Shown: positions 49,572 to 60,277 of the stretch, piece after piece | Position numbering within the stretch: the first letter of the stretch is position 1 | How the letters are laid out: every line of letters starts with the position of its first letter | DNA from: a virus | Taxonomy: Duplodnaviria > Caudoviricetes | Direction: 5' to 3' (one strand) | IMG/VR virus record: IMGVR_UViG_3300014501_000004 | Span: 1 to 63,590 of that record | Length of the DNA: 63,590 nucleotides | The notes under the pieces: model-generated | Seen by the model: the letters and a program-made list of their open reading frames with translations, nothing else | The model's database searches: none | What the model was told of the DNA's origin: nothing | Made by a program: the position numbers and the translations under genes

Positions 49572-51639
49572 CTTTTATTCTATTTCCTTCTTTGTCGTAC
49601 CTGATGGTCTGCCCCTCGAAAGACTTCGGAGTTTCCATGGTAGTGCTTATGTCTTTGGCGGAACCCATGACCATCGCGCGCACCGCGTCTGGCGACGCAA
49701 TCGCTGCTTCCATTTCCTTGTTCATGATATTAAGCACGCGCTTATAGGCTTCAGGACCATCTACCGTTCCTAACAAACTATAGGCATGCCTGCGAATATC
49801 GTCGGTCGGCACACCCGTTGGCATAATGGCGCGTGAATACTGTTGAACCAAAGCGTTGTTAGCCACCGCAAACTCTTTCAGATCCGGATCGGATGTACCG
49901 TGCTCGACCATTTGCACAAACTCATTGAACTTGACGATTTTGGTGCGCGGCACTTTATCGGAAGCATCCTGCGCGATCTTCATGAATTTTTGCGCTTCGA
50001 CCGCGGCCTGTTTGATTGCGACTGATCGAAGGGACAACGATCGTAACGCCGTGCGCGTTCCCTGATAATCAGCACTCGACAATGCTAACGTTTTTCCAAG
50101 CTGATCTGTGGATATCGTAGCAGCATTATCGACCATCTCATCATCCCAATCGGGATGTTGCTTTTTAATATCCGCTCGCGATGTCGTTTTCGCAGCTTCA
50201 ACCATGGAATCAGCAACTTCCTGCCGCACAGCAATTCGATTAGCCGGGTTAAGCCCGACCATTCCGGAATTGTCACCCGCTTTGACTTGCCCGGCAATTA
50301 CCTTGCGTGCCTTGTCGTCGAGCAAGCCTCCGGTACGAGCAGCGGCAACGCCGGTACGCGCGACATCAAATATTTTGTCCTCGCTCCAGTCGGGATGTTC
50401 TTTTCGCAATTCTTCCTTGCGCCGATTAACCTCGGCGCTATCAATCCGCGTCAAAGAACCGCGGCCTTCCTGCTGTGCAGCTTTAACGCCCTTCATTGCC
50501 TTGTCAAAAGCTTCGCTGGGGTCCATACCCGCATCGATATCCTTCTGCGCGCGCCTGCTTATTTCCTGTCCTGCCAATTTCGACTCGGTAATCATCCCTC
50601 CGGTCGTTCCGTGCACTCCGGTCAATCCCGCCTGTTGCAGCATCTTCGCGTCTTCTTCCGGAGGAGGCTCCTGCCCGTCGTGCGAGTCTCGCCAAGACTG
50701 TTTTGCAGCCTGATACATCTCGGTATTCGGCCCCTTCGGCGAGAACTGCTGATAAATATCCACGAGCCCGTCGACAAATCCCGGCTCCTTCGGACTGTGC
50801 TGGGTCCAGTAGGTGCCCATCGCCGTCTGCAATGGCGTGCCGGTTTCCTTGCCTCCCGAGAGCGCCTGATGCACTTTCGTAGCTAAAATCATCTTGTCGT
50901 GCGCTTCGTCGCCCGTGTTCGGCGGGTCGGCAACGATTGCTTTTATCGCCGCGCGTTGGAAGCTGCTATCCGTGATCGTATCGAGCGACTTCTGCATCTG
51001 CTCGGCAGCGTTTGCCCGCGCCGTCTGCAACTCGAACAATTCCTTGACCATGCCGTGCTCGGCCAGCATCAGGGTTTGCGAGTCGCCAAAGCGCGTAGCC
51101 GAGTTGCGCAGTTTTGCGGTTGCCGCCGCCTGGTCGTGATCCATCAAGCCGAGCGCGTCCTGATAAAGATCATGCTGCATCTTCCAGCGGTCGATCGCGA
51201 GCTTGGTGTTGTCCTTCCACGACTCGTGTGCGCGCTGGTAAGCCGCTTCATCGCCCGCCTTGATCGAGTTGATCGCGCCCGCCATGCCGTTGATGGCGTT
51301 TTCCATCGGCGCCTTGGTGAAAGCGGACGCCACCATGGCGAACAGGCCGCCGACGCTGCCGAAGCCTTCGATCGGGTTTTCCTCGAACTTCTTGTGTTCC
51401 TTGTCGGCGTCCCATGGCTTCAACTCGTCGTGGCCGACACCCTCGGCAGTATAAGCGCGTTCGACCCGCGCCTGATCGCGGTCCAACTGAACATCAGCCT
51501 TGCGGGTGATTGCGAAGTCTTCCGCGGTGCGCGCCCGTTGCGAGGCAACGAGGTCAGAAATAGACGACTGATCGCTACCGACGATCGAGCCGATGTCGGG
51601 CGAGGGGCTTGAAGTATCTTGCGGCTGGGTGTCAGGCAT
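49561..51639 (-). CDS. Putative DNA ejection/internal virion protein
   Basis: 692 aa, helical; repeated HPDW motif; synteny. Confidence 0.6.
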   Translation of the reverse strand: MPDTQPQDTSSPSPDIGSIVGSDQSSISDLVASQRARTAEDFAITRKADVQLDRDQARVERAYTAEGVGHDELKPWDADKEHKKFEENPIEGFGSVGGLFAMVASAFTKAPMENAINGMAGAINSIKAGDEAAYQRAHESWKDNTKLAIDRWKMQHDLYQDALGLMDHDQAAATAKLRNSATRFGDSQTLMLAEHGMVKELFELQTARANAAEQMQKSLDTITDSSFQRAAIKAIVADPPNTGDEAHDKMILATKVHQALSGGKETGTPLQTAMGTYWTQHSPKEPGFVDGLVDIYQQFSPKGPNTEMYQAAKQSWRDSHDGQEPPPEEDAKMLQQAGLTGVHGTTGGMITESKLAGQEISRRAQKDIDAGMDPSEAFDKAMKGVKAAQQEGRGSLTRIDSAEVNRRKEELRKEHPDWSEDKIFDVARTGVAAARTGGLLDDKARKVIAGQVKAGDNSGMVGLNPANRIAVRQEVADSMVEAAKTTSRADIKKQHPDWDDEMVDNAATISTDQLGKTLALSSADYQGTRTALRSLSLRSVAIKQAAVEAQKFMKIAQDASDKVPRTKIVKFNEFVQMVEHGTSDPDLKEFAVANNALVQQYSRAIMPTGVPTDDIRRHAYSLLGTVDGPEAYKRVLNIMNKEMEAAIASPDAVRAMVMGSAKDISTTMETPKSFEGQTIRYDKEGNRIKDGG

Positions 51640-51642
51640 TCA

Positions 51643-52992
51643 TCAGCCCTGACTGAGCTGAATATTGGTGCCGCCGACATTGGCGTTGGTCTTCCCGTTC
51701 AACGCCGCCGCCAGCGTGGCGATGGCCTTGCCGGTGTTCGCCGCCTGCGTCGTGTCGTTGGCCACCAGCGCCTGATAAAGCTGCCCGGAGAGCCCGGCCG
51801 CGCTCTGGCCGGCGCTGACGAGGCTGGAGCCGGACGAGAACAGCTGCGAGGCCACCTGCGAGATCATCTGCGGCTCGGAAGCATCGATCTTGGCCAATGT
51901 CGTGGCGAGCGCGGTATTCTTGGTCGGGTCGGTCGGCAGGCCCTGCGCCGCGGCGTTGGCAATTGCCGAGGTTTTTGCGTCCGCGATGGCCTGCTGCACT
52001 TGCGTCATATACTGAGGTGGCAGCGTGCCGCTGGTCAAATACTGCTGCAACGCCTCGCCGGAAGCCACCATATTATTCGAGTTGGCGGTCGCGGTCGCGG
52101 CGTCAGCGGACAGCGCTTTCTGGTTGGCCGTATCCTGCGTACCTTTATAGATATTGTACCCGAGCCCGGCGGCACCAAGAGCGACGGGAATCGGGTTCTT
52201 GGTCAGAGAATCGATAGCGCCGGAACCGGCGTTGCCAAGCAGGCTGCTGATCGAGGTGCTGCCGGATGCTGCGCCGGTTCCCGTCGCGCTGCCGCCGCCT
52301 GCCACATTGGCGGCCCCGCCCGCCGCGGTTGGATCGACACCCGTAGCCGGAGCCACACCTGCGGGAGCCGAGACGGATGGCGCACCGGCAGCTGCCGGCT
52401 GCGCCGCCGAACCCGCAATCGGGGTAGTTCCGGTGTTGAATACCGAGTTGGGGTTCCCGGTAACCGCCGTGGTCCCCGGACCGACAGACGGATTGAACCC
52501 GGTTGTTCCGGTCGCCCCAACTAACGCATTGAGCGGGCTTTCCGGGCTTACGATCCCGCTAATGCCGCTGGCAAGGCCGGAAGAAGCTGCCTGACTGGCC
52601 GCAACATCCGCCCCGCTGGCCGCCGCACCCGTGCCCAGCAGCTGTCCGCCTGTGCTGGCAGCGCCGCCCAGAAGCGATGCATCCGGAGCAGCCAGGAACG
52701 ACCCCGCCGTGTCCAGAGCCGTGCCGCCGGTCCCGACCAGTGAGCTGATCCCTGTTCCGGCGCCCGCAGCCAAGCCTGTACCTTCGAGGCCAGTAGCACC
52801 GCCCGCAAGGCCAGCCCCCGTGCCCACGAGATCAGCCAGCCCGCCAGCTCCTGCACCAGCACCGCCGACAGCCGAACCCAATCCAGCCCCGGCTTCCCCG
52901 AGGCCAGCCCCAAGGTCAGCCCCTCCCGCTTCGGCAGCCGGGGCGATAAGATCCCCAAGCCATGAAAGTCCTGCGGCGACGACATCACCCAC
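51643..52992 (-). CDS. Putative DNA transfer/ejection protein
   Basis: Gly/Ala-rich, first of three; synteny. Confidence 0.6.
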   Translation of the reverse strand: MGDVVAAGLSWLGDLIAPAAEAGGADLGAGLGEAGAGLGSAVGGAGAGAGGLADLVGTGAGLAGGATGLEGTGLAAGAGTGISSLVGTGGTALDTAGSFLAAPDASLLGGAASTGGQLLGTGAAASGADVAASQAASSGLASGISGIVSPESPLNALVGATGTTGFNPSVGPGTTAVTGNPNSVFNTGTTPIAGSAAQPAAAGAPSVSAPAGVAPATGVDPTAAGGAANVAGGGSATGTGAASGSTSISSLLGNAGSGAIDSLTKNPIPVALGAAGLGYNIYKGTQDTANQKALSADAATATANSNNMVASGEALQQYLTSGTLPPQYMTQVQQAIADAKTSAIANAAAQGLPTDPTKNTALATTLAKIDASEPQMISQVASQLFSSGSSLVSAGQSAAGLSGQLYQALVANDTTQAANTGKAIATLAAALNGKTNANVGGTNIQLSQG

Positions 52993-53002
52993 GGCCTATC
53001 TC

Positions 53003-53452
53003 CTACAAGACGATTGTATACACCAGATCGTGTAAAACGCCACCCAGCCGCTCGAACAGCACCCCGTGATCCTGCCCCGCCTTGGTCCGGAAAGTAACGG
53101 TATGTGCTCCCTTTTCTTTCATCGCCGCCTTGACCTTCTTGAGCATATTGTAACCAGTCCAGCCCTTGCGATATTCGGGAAGCAGGAAGTGAATATCCTC
53201 GGTCGCGCGCATCAGCTTCCGGTAATGCAGATCATTGGACAAAAACATCACGATGTACCCAACCAACCTGCTTTCGTCCCGTGCCGTCATCACCCACAGC
53301 TTGCCGGTTGCTTCCAACCGGTCATAGGCTTCGAAGTCGGGGTCGAGCACCTGCACTTCCTTGAACTGAGCGATCTCCTCGTAATGCCTGCGCACCACCT
53401 CCATGTTCGCCCAGAGTGCGCCGATATTTTCCACCGCGAATTCGGCCATCAC
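53003..53452 (-). CDS. GNAT-fold acetyltransferase-like protein
   Basis: LVGY, FLLPEYRKG, LFERLG. Confidence 0.75.
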   Translation of the reverse strand: MMAEFAVENIGALWANMEVVRRHYEEIAQFKEVQVLDPDFEAYDRLEATGKLWVMTARDESRLVGYIVMFLSNDLHYRKLMRATEDIHFLLPEYRKGWTGYNMLKKVKAAMKEKGAHTVTFRTKAGQDHGVLFERLGGVLHDLVYTIVL

Positions 53453-53916
53453 AACCTCGCATGCGTGACCTTGGTGTCGAACAGCCGGCCCAGCCGCTCC
53501 TCGATCTTGGACTTCGGCACATCAGTGCTCTCGCAGACGATGATGCGCTCGGCGCGCAGCCCGTTGCCCCACGATACGGCAACGTCGTAGAAATCGGCCG
53601 CCAGCTCAGCCTGCTCCTTGTCGTTCTTGTCCTCGACCCAGACGAATCGCTCCTGGATCATCTTGCCGGGCTTCAAGCCCGGCACGTTGACGATCTGGAA
53701 CAATGCCACCGCGTGCGGCTGGTAGAGAAACAGATGCTCGTTATTGGCGATCAGCCCGCGCATCCAGCCGCCGATCCACTGCTCGCTCATGTCGGGGAAA
53801 AGCAATTGCAGACGTTTGAGCACCCAGCCGCCGTGTTGCGACAGGTCGGCAGTGGAAAACCGGCGAACGATAACGGGGACGTGCGGGGCTTGTTCAACGA
53901 GGGCTGCTTCGGTCAT
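53449..53916 (-). CDS. Hypothetical protein, possibly degenerate GNAT fold
   Basis: Adjacent to GNAT gene; weak pattern. Confidence 0.55.
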   Translation of the reverse strand: MTEAALVEQAPHVPVIVRRFSTADLSQHGGWVLKRLQLLFPDMSEQWIGGWMRGLIANNEHLFLYQPHAVALFQIVNVPGLKPGKMIQERFVWVEDKNDKEQAELAADFYDVAVSWGNGLRAERIIVCESTDVPKSKIEERLGRLFDTKVTHARL

Positions 53917-54258
53917 TTACCCGATCTCCAAAATATCTGCGGCTTGAAGGTGCTCGCTCGCGTTGAGAAAGACCCACCCGGCCAATTCGTTCTGATCTTT
54001 CCAGTTCACTTCCGACAAATCGAACCCGCTGATACCGAGCAACAGATTTTGTGCGTTGTGCATCTGCTGATGCTGGTACTCCCATTGCCCGACATTGTCG
54101 ACGTCTACGGGATCGAGACCATACTCCGGAAGCGAGACCGCTACCAGTTCATAAAGCCGCCGGTTGATGTCCCGGTGATGCGCCATGTGCGCGAACGCCC
54201 ACTGCGCCCGCTCGGCGTCGGTGGACGGCACGTTGTAGAGATCGGCAATCGCTGACAT
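53917..54258 (-). CDS. His-rich hypothetical virion-module protein
   Basis: HMAHH, HQQMH, EH in three spaced helices. Confidence 0.65.
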   Translation of the reverse strand: MSAIADLYNVPSTDAERAQWAFAHMAHHRDINRRLYELVAVSLPEYGLDPVDVDNVGQWEYQHQQMHNAQNLLLGISGFDLSEVNWKDQNELAGWVFLNASEHLQAADILEIG

Positions 54259-54259
54259 C

Positions 54260-55465
54260 TCAGCCCCCCGCCGCCGAGCAGTAGTCCACCCACCCGAGGC
54301 AGCCGATCGCAGCACCGGCCGCGCTCGATGTCCAATAGATGTTCGAGCTTTCAAGGCCCATCGGTGCAAACCATGAAGTCGTAGAACCTATGTCTTCGTT
54401 AAACGGCCACATCAATCCGTTCGAACCGGTCGGCCCGTTATTGGCGCCTCCGTAGGAGGCGTTGGGTGCAATCAAGACGTTCGAATTGGTCCCGGCCTTC
54501 CATGTGTTCGTAATCATCGTGTTGATGATCGACGCGGTTGGCGGAACAACGGTGGATATCGAGACCGCTGCCAGCGTGGGACTTGTGGCGCTGTAAGTGC
54601 CGGCAACGCCGCTCGCCATCACCGGAAGCGTCGCCGTGTTGCTGGACGCGTTGACAATGTACTGCGCGTCGCACCCTCTTTGCCGCGAACGCAACAAATT
54701 CGACGACCCGTCGCAAAACATCGCTCCGACGTAAGCATAATACGAATATCCTGCCGGCAAATTAGGAGCGCCGGCTGTCGGCGACGTCAAAGTTCCTAAT
54801 CCTGCGCCGCCCGAACCGGTAGAAATAATATAGAAATAAACCCACCCCCCAGCAGGCCGCGACTCGCCGTCCATGCCATTCGCTGTCGGCGTCACCGTGC
54901 CCGTAGTCAGGTCTACATTGTAAGCTCCGTTAGTTACGAAAACCGGAGCGCCGACCGCCGATACCATGCACGCTTGCAAGAAATTTATATTTGCACTGGT
55001 GCTAGGATTAACTGCGTCGTTAATGATTCTCAACCCGCTTACTGAAGCGTTGGCAGCCGCTGTCAAACCGGTCGCGGGCTGATACGACGACAGCACCCAC
55101 GCGCCGTTTCCTGAGTTATAAGACGCGCCGGTTGTCCATGTGACCTCGTAATACTGCCCCGACGACAGCGTGCCGGAAGTCGCCTGAGATCCAGCCGGCA
55201 CGTAGACCTGGAAAAATCCGAGCGCGAGAACTTCGAGCGTGACCGATCCCGTAGTAGCAGCCGGAGCGAGAAATCCGAACTTCAGTGGGTTGGGCAGGCC
55301 ATACCCGGTGATCGCCGGCTGGTTCGCCGCTGGCGTCAACACAATTTGATTAGTACCGGTCGCCGTGCATAACAACGTCGTCAACGCGCCAACCGCGGCG
55401 AAATTGCCGTCCAGCTGCGCCATCGAGGCGGCGGTCAGGGGGCCGAATGTGGTGGGAAGCGCCAT
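54260..55465 (-). CDS. Tail fibre-like protein
   Basis: QLDGNF N-terminus; LPAGYSY; tail module position. Confidence 0.6.
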   Translation of the reverse strand: MALPTTFGPLTAASMAQLDGNFAAVGALTTLLCTATGTNQIVLTPAANQPAITGYGLPNPLKFGFLAPAATTGSVTLEVLALGFFQVYVPAGSQATSGTLSSGQYYEVTWTTGASYNSGNGAWVLSSYQPATGLTAAANASVSGLRIINDAVNPSTSANINFLQACMVSAVGAPVFVTNGAYNVDLTTGTVTPTANGMDGESRPAGGWVYFYIISTGSGGAGLGTLTSPTAGAPNLPAGYSYYAYVGAMFCDGSSNLLRSRQRGCDAQYIVNASSNTATLPVMASGVAGTYSATSPTLAAVSISTVVPPTASIINTMITNTWKAGTNSNVLIAPNASYGGANNGPTGSNGLMWPFNEDIGSTTSWFAPMGLESSNIYWTSSAAGAAIGCLGWVDYCSAAGG

Positions 55466-55468
55466 GCT

Positions 55469-57082
55469 CTATCCTCTGTAAGCCGGAATAGTGTCGCTTA
55501 TCATCGACGAGATCAACGCCATATCGGCGGCATTGGTCGTAATGGTGAACCCCGTCAAGGCCCCGGTATTGCCGATCGCGTCGGGCGCCGACAGCGCAAA
55601 CGACGTGCCTGACGTGTACCACGTCACCGGTTGCGCCGAGTTGTTGGTCCACGGCACCACGGCGTTCGAGTTATTAGTCCAGATTACTTGCGTCGGACCG
55701 ACCGTGATCGTCACGGTTTCGGAATTGACCAGCGGCTTTTCGGTGTCGATCGAGACCGTCAGATTTGCGGACAAGAAGCTGTAATACGCTACCAGTGCCC
55801 AGAACCGGTTTGCTGTCTTGTAGAATTGATAGCCGCCGGGGCTGTCCCACAGCCGCGACTGCATGATCTTGGTTAGCGCTATAGACGGCTGCTGAAACAT
55901 CGGATAGATCGACGTGCCGTCGGTGCCCCACGCCGTCAGCACCGAGTCGATTTCCTGGAACTGAATAAATATGAGCCCAACATCCTGTGTTGCCGGGAAC
56001 CATTGTTTGCCGTTCCACATCAGGAGCTTGTTGGCCTGCAAGCCCGTGATCGGATCGATGATCGGCAGCAGCATCATCCACACTTTCTTGCCGAAGATGA
56101 TAGCCTTGGCCGCGCTCGGGATCAGGTTGCCGAAATTCGGCACCGTGTTGTAAACGCCGTCCAGCATCTCGCTTATTTTAGTCACCGCCCCGCCATAGGA
56201 GACATGCGCGCCGAACGAATTAGCGAACAGGATGTTGCGATTGAACACGTCGACCGTATTGGGCCATGGAGATCCCACTTCGGGGTCAGCATTTTGGTTG
56301 GTGAACGTCGTGACCGGCGGTGAGCCCGAAGTCTGCACGCCCGAGATATAATTGACTGACGAGTCGCCGATCAGATACAGGAAGCCGTTGGTTTGCTTCA
56401 GTTGTACGAAGCGAGTCCGAAGGAAGCTGTCGGTCGAAGTGAAATTTCCACCGCCATCGCCCGACGAAAAATCGGTCACCGAGCCCGGCGCGCTGAATGT
56501 AACCGTCGCGCCATTGACGATCCACACCCGGCCCGCATAATTCTCGATTGCAGTGCCGCCGATAGCCAGCGGCATTGTGCCGTAGCCCGGCACTGCGGCC
56601 CCCGGTCCGTAGAATGTCGCGCCGTCCCACAGGAAATAGCCGTTGGTCTGCTTCGCAACGATCTGGATGAACTGATCGCCGTACTGCGAAATGCCGACAT
56701 TGAGTTGCGACGGTGAGATGATTGTACCTGCACCGGCCATCAAGGTGCGGACGTAGGTCGTCGTGTTGAACTGATAAATACTGCCGTCGCTCAGCACCAC
56801 GACCGCAATAGGTGTCGTTCCGATGTTGCCGAACTGATAGAACACCACGCCCGCGCCGGGAGTCGTGAAGCCTGCCGGTCCCACGCCCCAGAGGGTGCGC
56901 AAGTTGCGCCGGGGGCCGAGCGGGATGAAGTTCTGGCTCCACGCCATCTGCTTGTCGTCGACGCCCGGGCGTGTGGTCGCGGTGTTGATACCTTCGAAAC
57001 CTTCGCAGATCAAAGGTTCGGGCGGCCCTGCGGGAAGATAGGGATTCGCTTGTTCGGCTGCTGGTTGGGGGGCGTCAAGCAT
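55469..57082 (-). CDS. Tail nozzle/stabilisation protein
   Basis: FEGINT start, beta-rich, follows the adaptors. Confidence 0.65.
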   Translation of the reverse strand: MLDAPQPAAEQANPYLPAGPPEPLICEGFEGINTATTRPGVDDKQMAWSQNFIPLGPRRNLRTLWGVGPAGFTTPGAGVVFYQFGNIGTTPIAVVVLSDGSIYQFNTTTYVRTLMAGAGTIISPSQLNVGISQYGDQFIQIVAKQTNGYFLWDGATFYGPGAAVPGYGTMPLAIGGTAIENYAGRVWIVNGATVTFSAPGSVTDFSSGDGGGNFTSTDSFLRTRFVQLKQTNGFLYLIGDSSVNYISGVQTSGSPPVTTFTNQNADPEVGSPWPNTVDVFNRNILFANSFGAHVSYGGAVTKISEMLDGVYNTVPNFGNLIPSAAKAIIFGKKVWMMLLPIIDPITGLQANKLLMWNGKQWFPATQDVGLIFIQFQEIDSVLTAWGTDGTSIYPMFQQPSIALTKIMQSRLWDSPGGYQFYKTANRFWALVAYYSFLSANLTVSIDTEKPLVNSETVTITVGPTQVIWTNNSNAVVPWTNNSAQPVTWYTSGTSFALSAPDAIGNTGALTGFTITTNAADMALISSMISDTIPAYRG

Positions 57083-57085
57083 TTC

Positions 57086-58024
57086 TCAATATCTACCATA
57101 GGGGTTCGTGGAACGCCCTGGGCGTGCCATTTTTGAATACCCTAGCGTGCGCAAGTCAAACTCGTTCTCGTAAAATTTCGCTGCGTTCCAGTTCTGAAGT
57201 TCCATATAGCATAACTGCGCCGCCATATACGGCACGGCATCGGTCCACGGTTGCGGGATCACTTCCGGAATTGAATTATCCAGCAGCATATCTTGCGGCA
57301 GGCAGAAGCAGTCGTATTCTAGCTGGTACAATTGTGATGGAGGTGGGTAGAAAAAAAATGTGCCAGAATTTCCCTGCCCAAACTGAGAACCGAAGCTCGG
57401 CACGTACTGATAAGTCGCCGATGGGTATTGCCGAATTTGACTCTGATAAGTCGTGAAACTGTAGACTGGAATTGAATACCGATATTCCGAATATATGATT
57501 GACACCCCATGAATAAGGTGAACTGTATCCACCCCCGGCCACGCGCCAAGGTAGATGTCGGAAAAAGCGTACTGCTCCTGCCCCGGATTGAGCGTGTTGA
57601 TCGGTGACAAATTAGCTGTCGCTGACGCACCGACTCCAGGACCGATATCCGTGATCGTAATCAGCGGCTGGAAATATCCGTCGCCGCCATCGAGGATGAT
57701 GACGTCGGTGATCACGCCGCCACTCATCAGCGCCGCAGCGGTTGCCTGCCGTCCTTGCGGATTGGGCAACGCGCCCGACGGCCAGTCCGGTGTGGTGATC
57801 GTCACCTGCGGATTGACATAGCCGCTGCCGCCGCTCACGAGGTTGGTCGAGATGATCTGTCCGGAGATCGGCGTCAGGCGGCGCACCGACTGCGTGCGGC
57901 CGGCGACTTCCCGACGAGCGCGGTTGATGTAAACCAGCAAGTCAGCCGGATTCAAGAACTCCTGCTTCTGCTCGCGAAGGAAGCGCTGGGTTTGCTGGAG
58001 GTATTGAAAAGCATCGACGATCAT
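57086..58024 (-). CDS. Head-tail adaptor with inserted beta domain
   Basis: YINRARRE, IPQPWTDAVPYMAA; GGSGY/GGDGY insert. Confidence 0.65.
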   Translation of the reverse strand: MIVDAFQYLQQTQRFLREQKQEFLNPADLLVYINRARREVAGRTQSVRRLTPISGQIISTNLVSGGSGYVNPQVTITTPDWPSGALPNPQGRQATAAALMSGGVITDVIILDGGDGYFQPLITITDIGPGVGASATANLSPINTLNPGQEQYAFSDIYLGAWPGVDTVHLIHGVSIIYSEYRYSIPVYSFTTYQSQIRQYPSATYQYVPSFGSQFGQGNSGTFFFYPPPSQLYQLEYDCFCLPQDMLLDNSIPEVIPQPWTDAVPYMAAQLCYMELQNWNAAKFYENEFDLRTLGYSKMARPGRSTNPYGRY

Positions 58025-58767
58025 GCGGCGCCCGCCTTGCCCGAAATACCCATCTTCGGTCCTTGCGCCGGATCGCCAGCCTGCTGATACATCCAGCGGA
58101 GAGTATCCGGGTTCGACGCCTTGCGCGCCCGATCCGAAAACTCCTCGTACATCTTGTAATAATTCAAGGCGTCCGCCATCCGCGCCTGCGTTTGCGACGA
58201 CAGCAACGCCCAGTAAGCCGCAAAGAACGGAATGCAGTCGGTCCACGGGTAAGGAATCGCCTCGACCGTCGTATCGTCGACCAGCGGAATCGGATAACAA
58301 ACCGCGTTGCAGCTCAACACGTAAGCCAGATCCGGCAGCGGCGAAACATAGAAACTGCCGCCCGCACCTTGCGCGAACTGCGCCCATTCCCGTGGCGGAC
58401 CGCTGTCCGGCACGACATTATTCAACTCATACAACGAGAACCACGGCCATGTCCGGGGCGACATCCAGAGCGCGCCGCTCGATCCGGGAACCGCGTAGCT
58501 CAGGCTGCGGATATTCATCACGCCTGCAATGCCGGTGGTCGCCGACACGCCCGTATTGATGTTCGAGAATAAATAAGGTTGCTGGCCAATCACCGTCGAG
58601 ATCGAGCCGAGCGCCCGGATGCAGGAATTCTGCGGCTCGATCGACATCTGTCCGCGCGCCAGGTTGATGTAGCGCGTCAGGTCGGTGTCGCTGTACAGGC
58701 TGGTCGAGGCCGAACCAGGATTTTGCAGCAAGGAGCGAGTTTGTGTCAGATACGCAGTCAAGGCCAA
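58021..58767 (-). CDS. Head-tail adaptor (paralog)
   Basis: YINLARGQ, IPYPWTDCIPFFAA. Confidence 0.65.
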   Translation of the reverse strand: MALTAYLTQTRSLLQNPGSASTSLYSDTDLTRYINLARGQMSIEPQNSCIRALGSISTVIGQQPYLFSNINTGVSATTGIAGVMNIRSLSYAVPGSSGALWMSPRTWPWFSLYELNNVVPDSGPPREWAQFAQGAGGSFYVSPLPDLAYVLSCNAVCYPIPLVDDTTVEAIPYPWTDCIPFFAAYWALLSSQTQARMADALNYYKMYEEFSDRARKASNPDTLRWMYQQAGDPAQGPKMGISGKAGAA

Positions 58768-58799
58768 GGCAAAGCACTCCTTTGCCGATCAACCTACGG

Positions 58800-59048
58800 C
58801 TACACCTTCATCATCACAAGCGACACGCCCGGAATCGAGCGGATGGGATCAGGCACATAGTAGGCGAGCGAGCCATCCGGCTGCTTGCACAACACCTGCC
58901 CGCCCCGGCTCATGAGCCCGGCCTGCGCGCCTGCAAGCGGCCCCACGACGTTGCTCGCGATGTCGGTATCACCGACCTGCAACGTCTTCGGCGTGTAACG
59001 GGTATTCGAGTCGATACCCGTCACGCTGAGGCTGAAGGTCTCCGCCAT
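58800..59048 (-). CDS. Hypothetical virion-module protein
   Basis: Tightly packed ORF. Confidence 0.6.
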   Translation of the reverse strand: MAETFSLSVTGIDSNTRYTPKTLQVGDTDIASNVVGPLAGAQAGLMSRGGQVLCKQPDGSLAYYVPDPIRSIPGVSLVMMKV

Positions 59049-59049
59049 G

Positions 59050-60246
59050 TTACGGAGCCGCCTGCAGATCGACCTTGTCGATGCGGCTTCCCATCACGGC
59101 TGCGACCGAAGCAACCGTGCTCGGGGCTGCGAGGTTCGCCGGCAGCAGGATATTGAGGCTGGGCGCCGACAGGAACAGGCCGCCGTCGTAGATCGTGCCG
59201 GGCGAGCCAACCGAGACCGAGGTGTTGGCCGGGGTGAGGCCGATCTGGGCCTGCCGCGGCAACCACGCCAGTCGAAGCGCTTCCGGATTGTTGGTGATGC
59301 TGCCTGCCACAGGCGCGCCGCCCATGGTGGCGAACGGCAATTCCGCCGTGCCGAACCCGACGCCGGGGCCGGTCACGGTGGCCGCCACCACGGTCTGCAT
59401 CACGTTCGCCGTCAGCGAGCCGGACGAACCGGCACCGCCGATCGACAGCGTGACGCTGGCGAGCGAGCCGTTGTTGAGCGGCGAGCCGTTGTTGGTCACG
59501 AGCGCGCCCATGATCACGCCGGCCGAAGTCAGCGACATCGTCACCGAGGCCACGGTAATGCCGGTATTGATGTTCGGGTCGAACGGGTTGGTCACGACCG
59601 CGATCGTCGGAACCGACGGATAACCGGCGCCGGGGTTGATGACCGAGATCGAGGAAATCGAGCCGCCCGAGCCGAGCACCGCCACGGCCTGCGCCGGGAT
59701 ACCGCCGACGCCGTTGGCATTGGCGTAGGACGGAGGCGGCGGGGGGATCATGATCAGCGGCGGGACGCCGTAGCCCGCGCCTTTGGTCGGGACGTCGATG
59801 GTAAACGTGCCGGTCAGGGCGAGCGCGCCGCCAACGATCGGCACCAGGGTCGGTGCCGCACCGTTGCCGAATGTGCCAATCGCGGTGATCGTGGTCGTGG
59901 CCTGCACGTAATTGGTACCGCCGACGACGACAGAAGTGCTGTAAACGCAACCGGTGAGGTTGGCGACGCGGACGTTGAAGCCGTCACCCTTGATGAACAC
60001 CTGCCCGCGCGTCCACGCGGCACCCGCGCCCGCCGTCCAGATGCCAGTGACGGGATCGAGATACTGGATGATGCAGTAGAGCCCGAGATTGATGAACCAG
60101 TCGCCGGCCGGAATGACGAACACATCGCCGGGGGCAAGCGGGATACGGTTGCTCGAACAATCCTGCGGCGCGTTCGCTAATTCGCTAGGATAGTTGTTCT
60201 GAGGAAACGGGAGCCCAAGGCCGGGACCGCTCAAAGGACTGGGCAT
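59050..60246 (-). CDS. Putative capsid decoration/structural protein
   Basis: Beta-rich with GAGY repeats; after the capsid gene; AGGAG RBS. Confidence 0.6.
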   Translation of the reverse strand: MPSPLSGPGLGLPFPQNNYPSELANAPQDCSSNRIPLAPGDVFVIPAGDWFINLGLYCIIQYLDPVTGIWTAGAGAAWTRGQVFIKGDGFNVRVANLTGCVYSTSVVVGGTNYVQATTTITAIGTFGNGAAPTLVPIVGGALALTGTFTIDVPTKGAGYGVPPLIMIPPPPPSYANANGVGGIPAQAVAVLGSGGSISSISVINPGAGYPSVPTIAVVTNPFDPNINTGITVASVTMSLTSAGVIMGALVTNNGSPLNNGSLASVTLSIGGAGSSGSLTANVMQTVVAATVTGPGVGFGTAELPFATMGGAPVAGSITNNPEALRLAWLPRQAQIGLTPANTSVSVGSPGTIYDGGLFLSAPSLNILLPANLAAPSTVASVAAVMGSRIDKVDLQAAP

Positions 60247-60277
60247 TGATTAGCTCCTAACAACTGAGAGGTGGACA

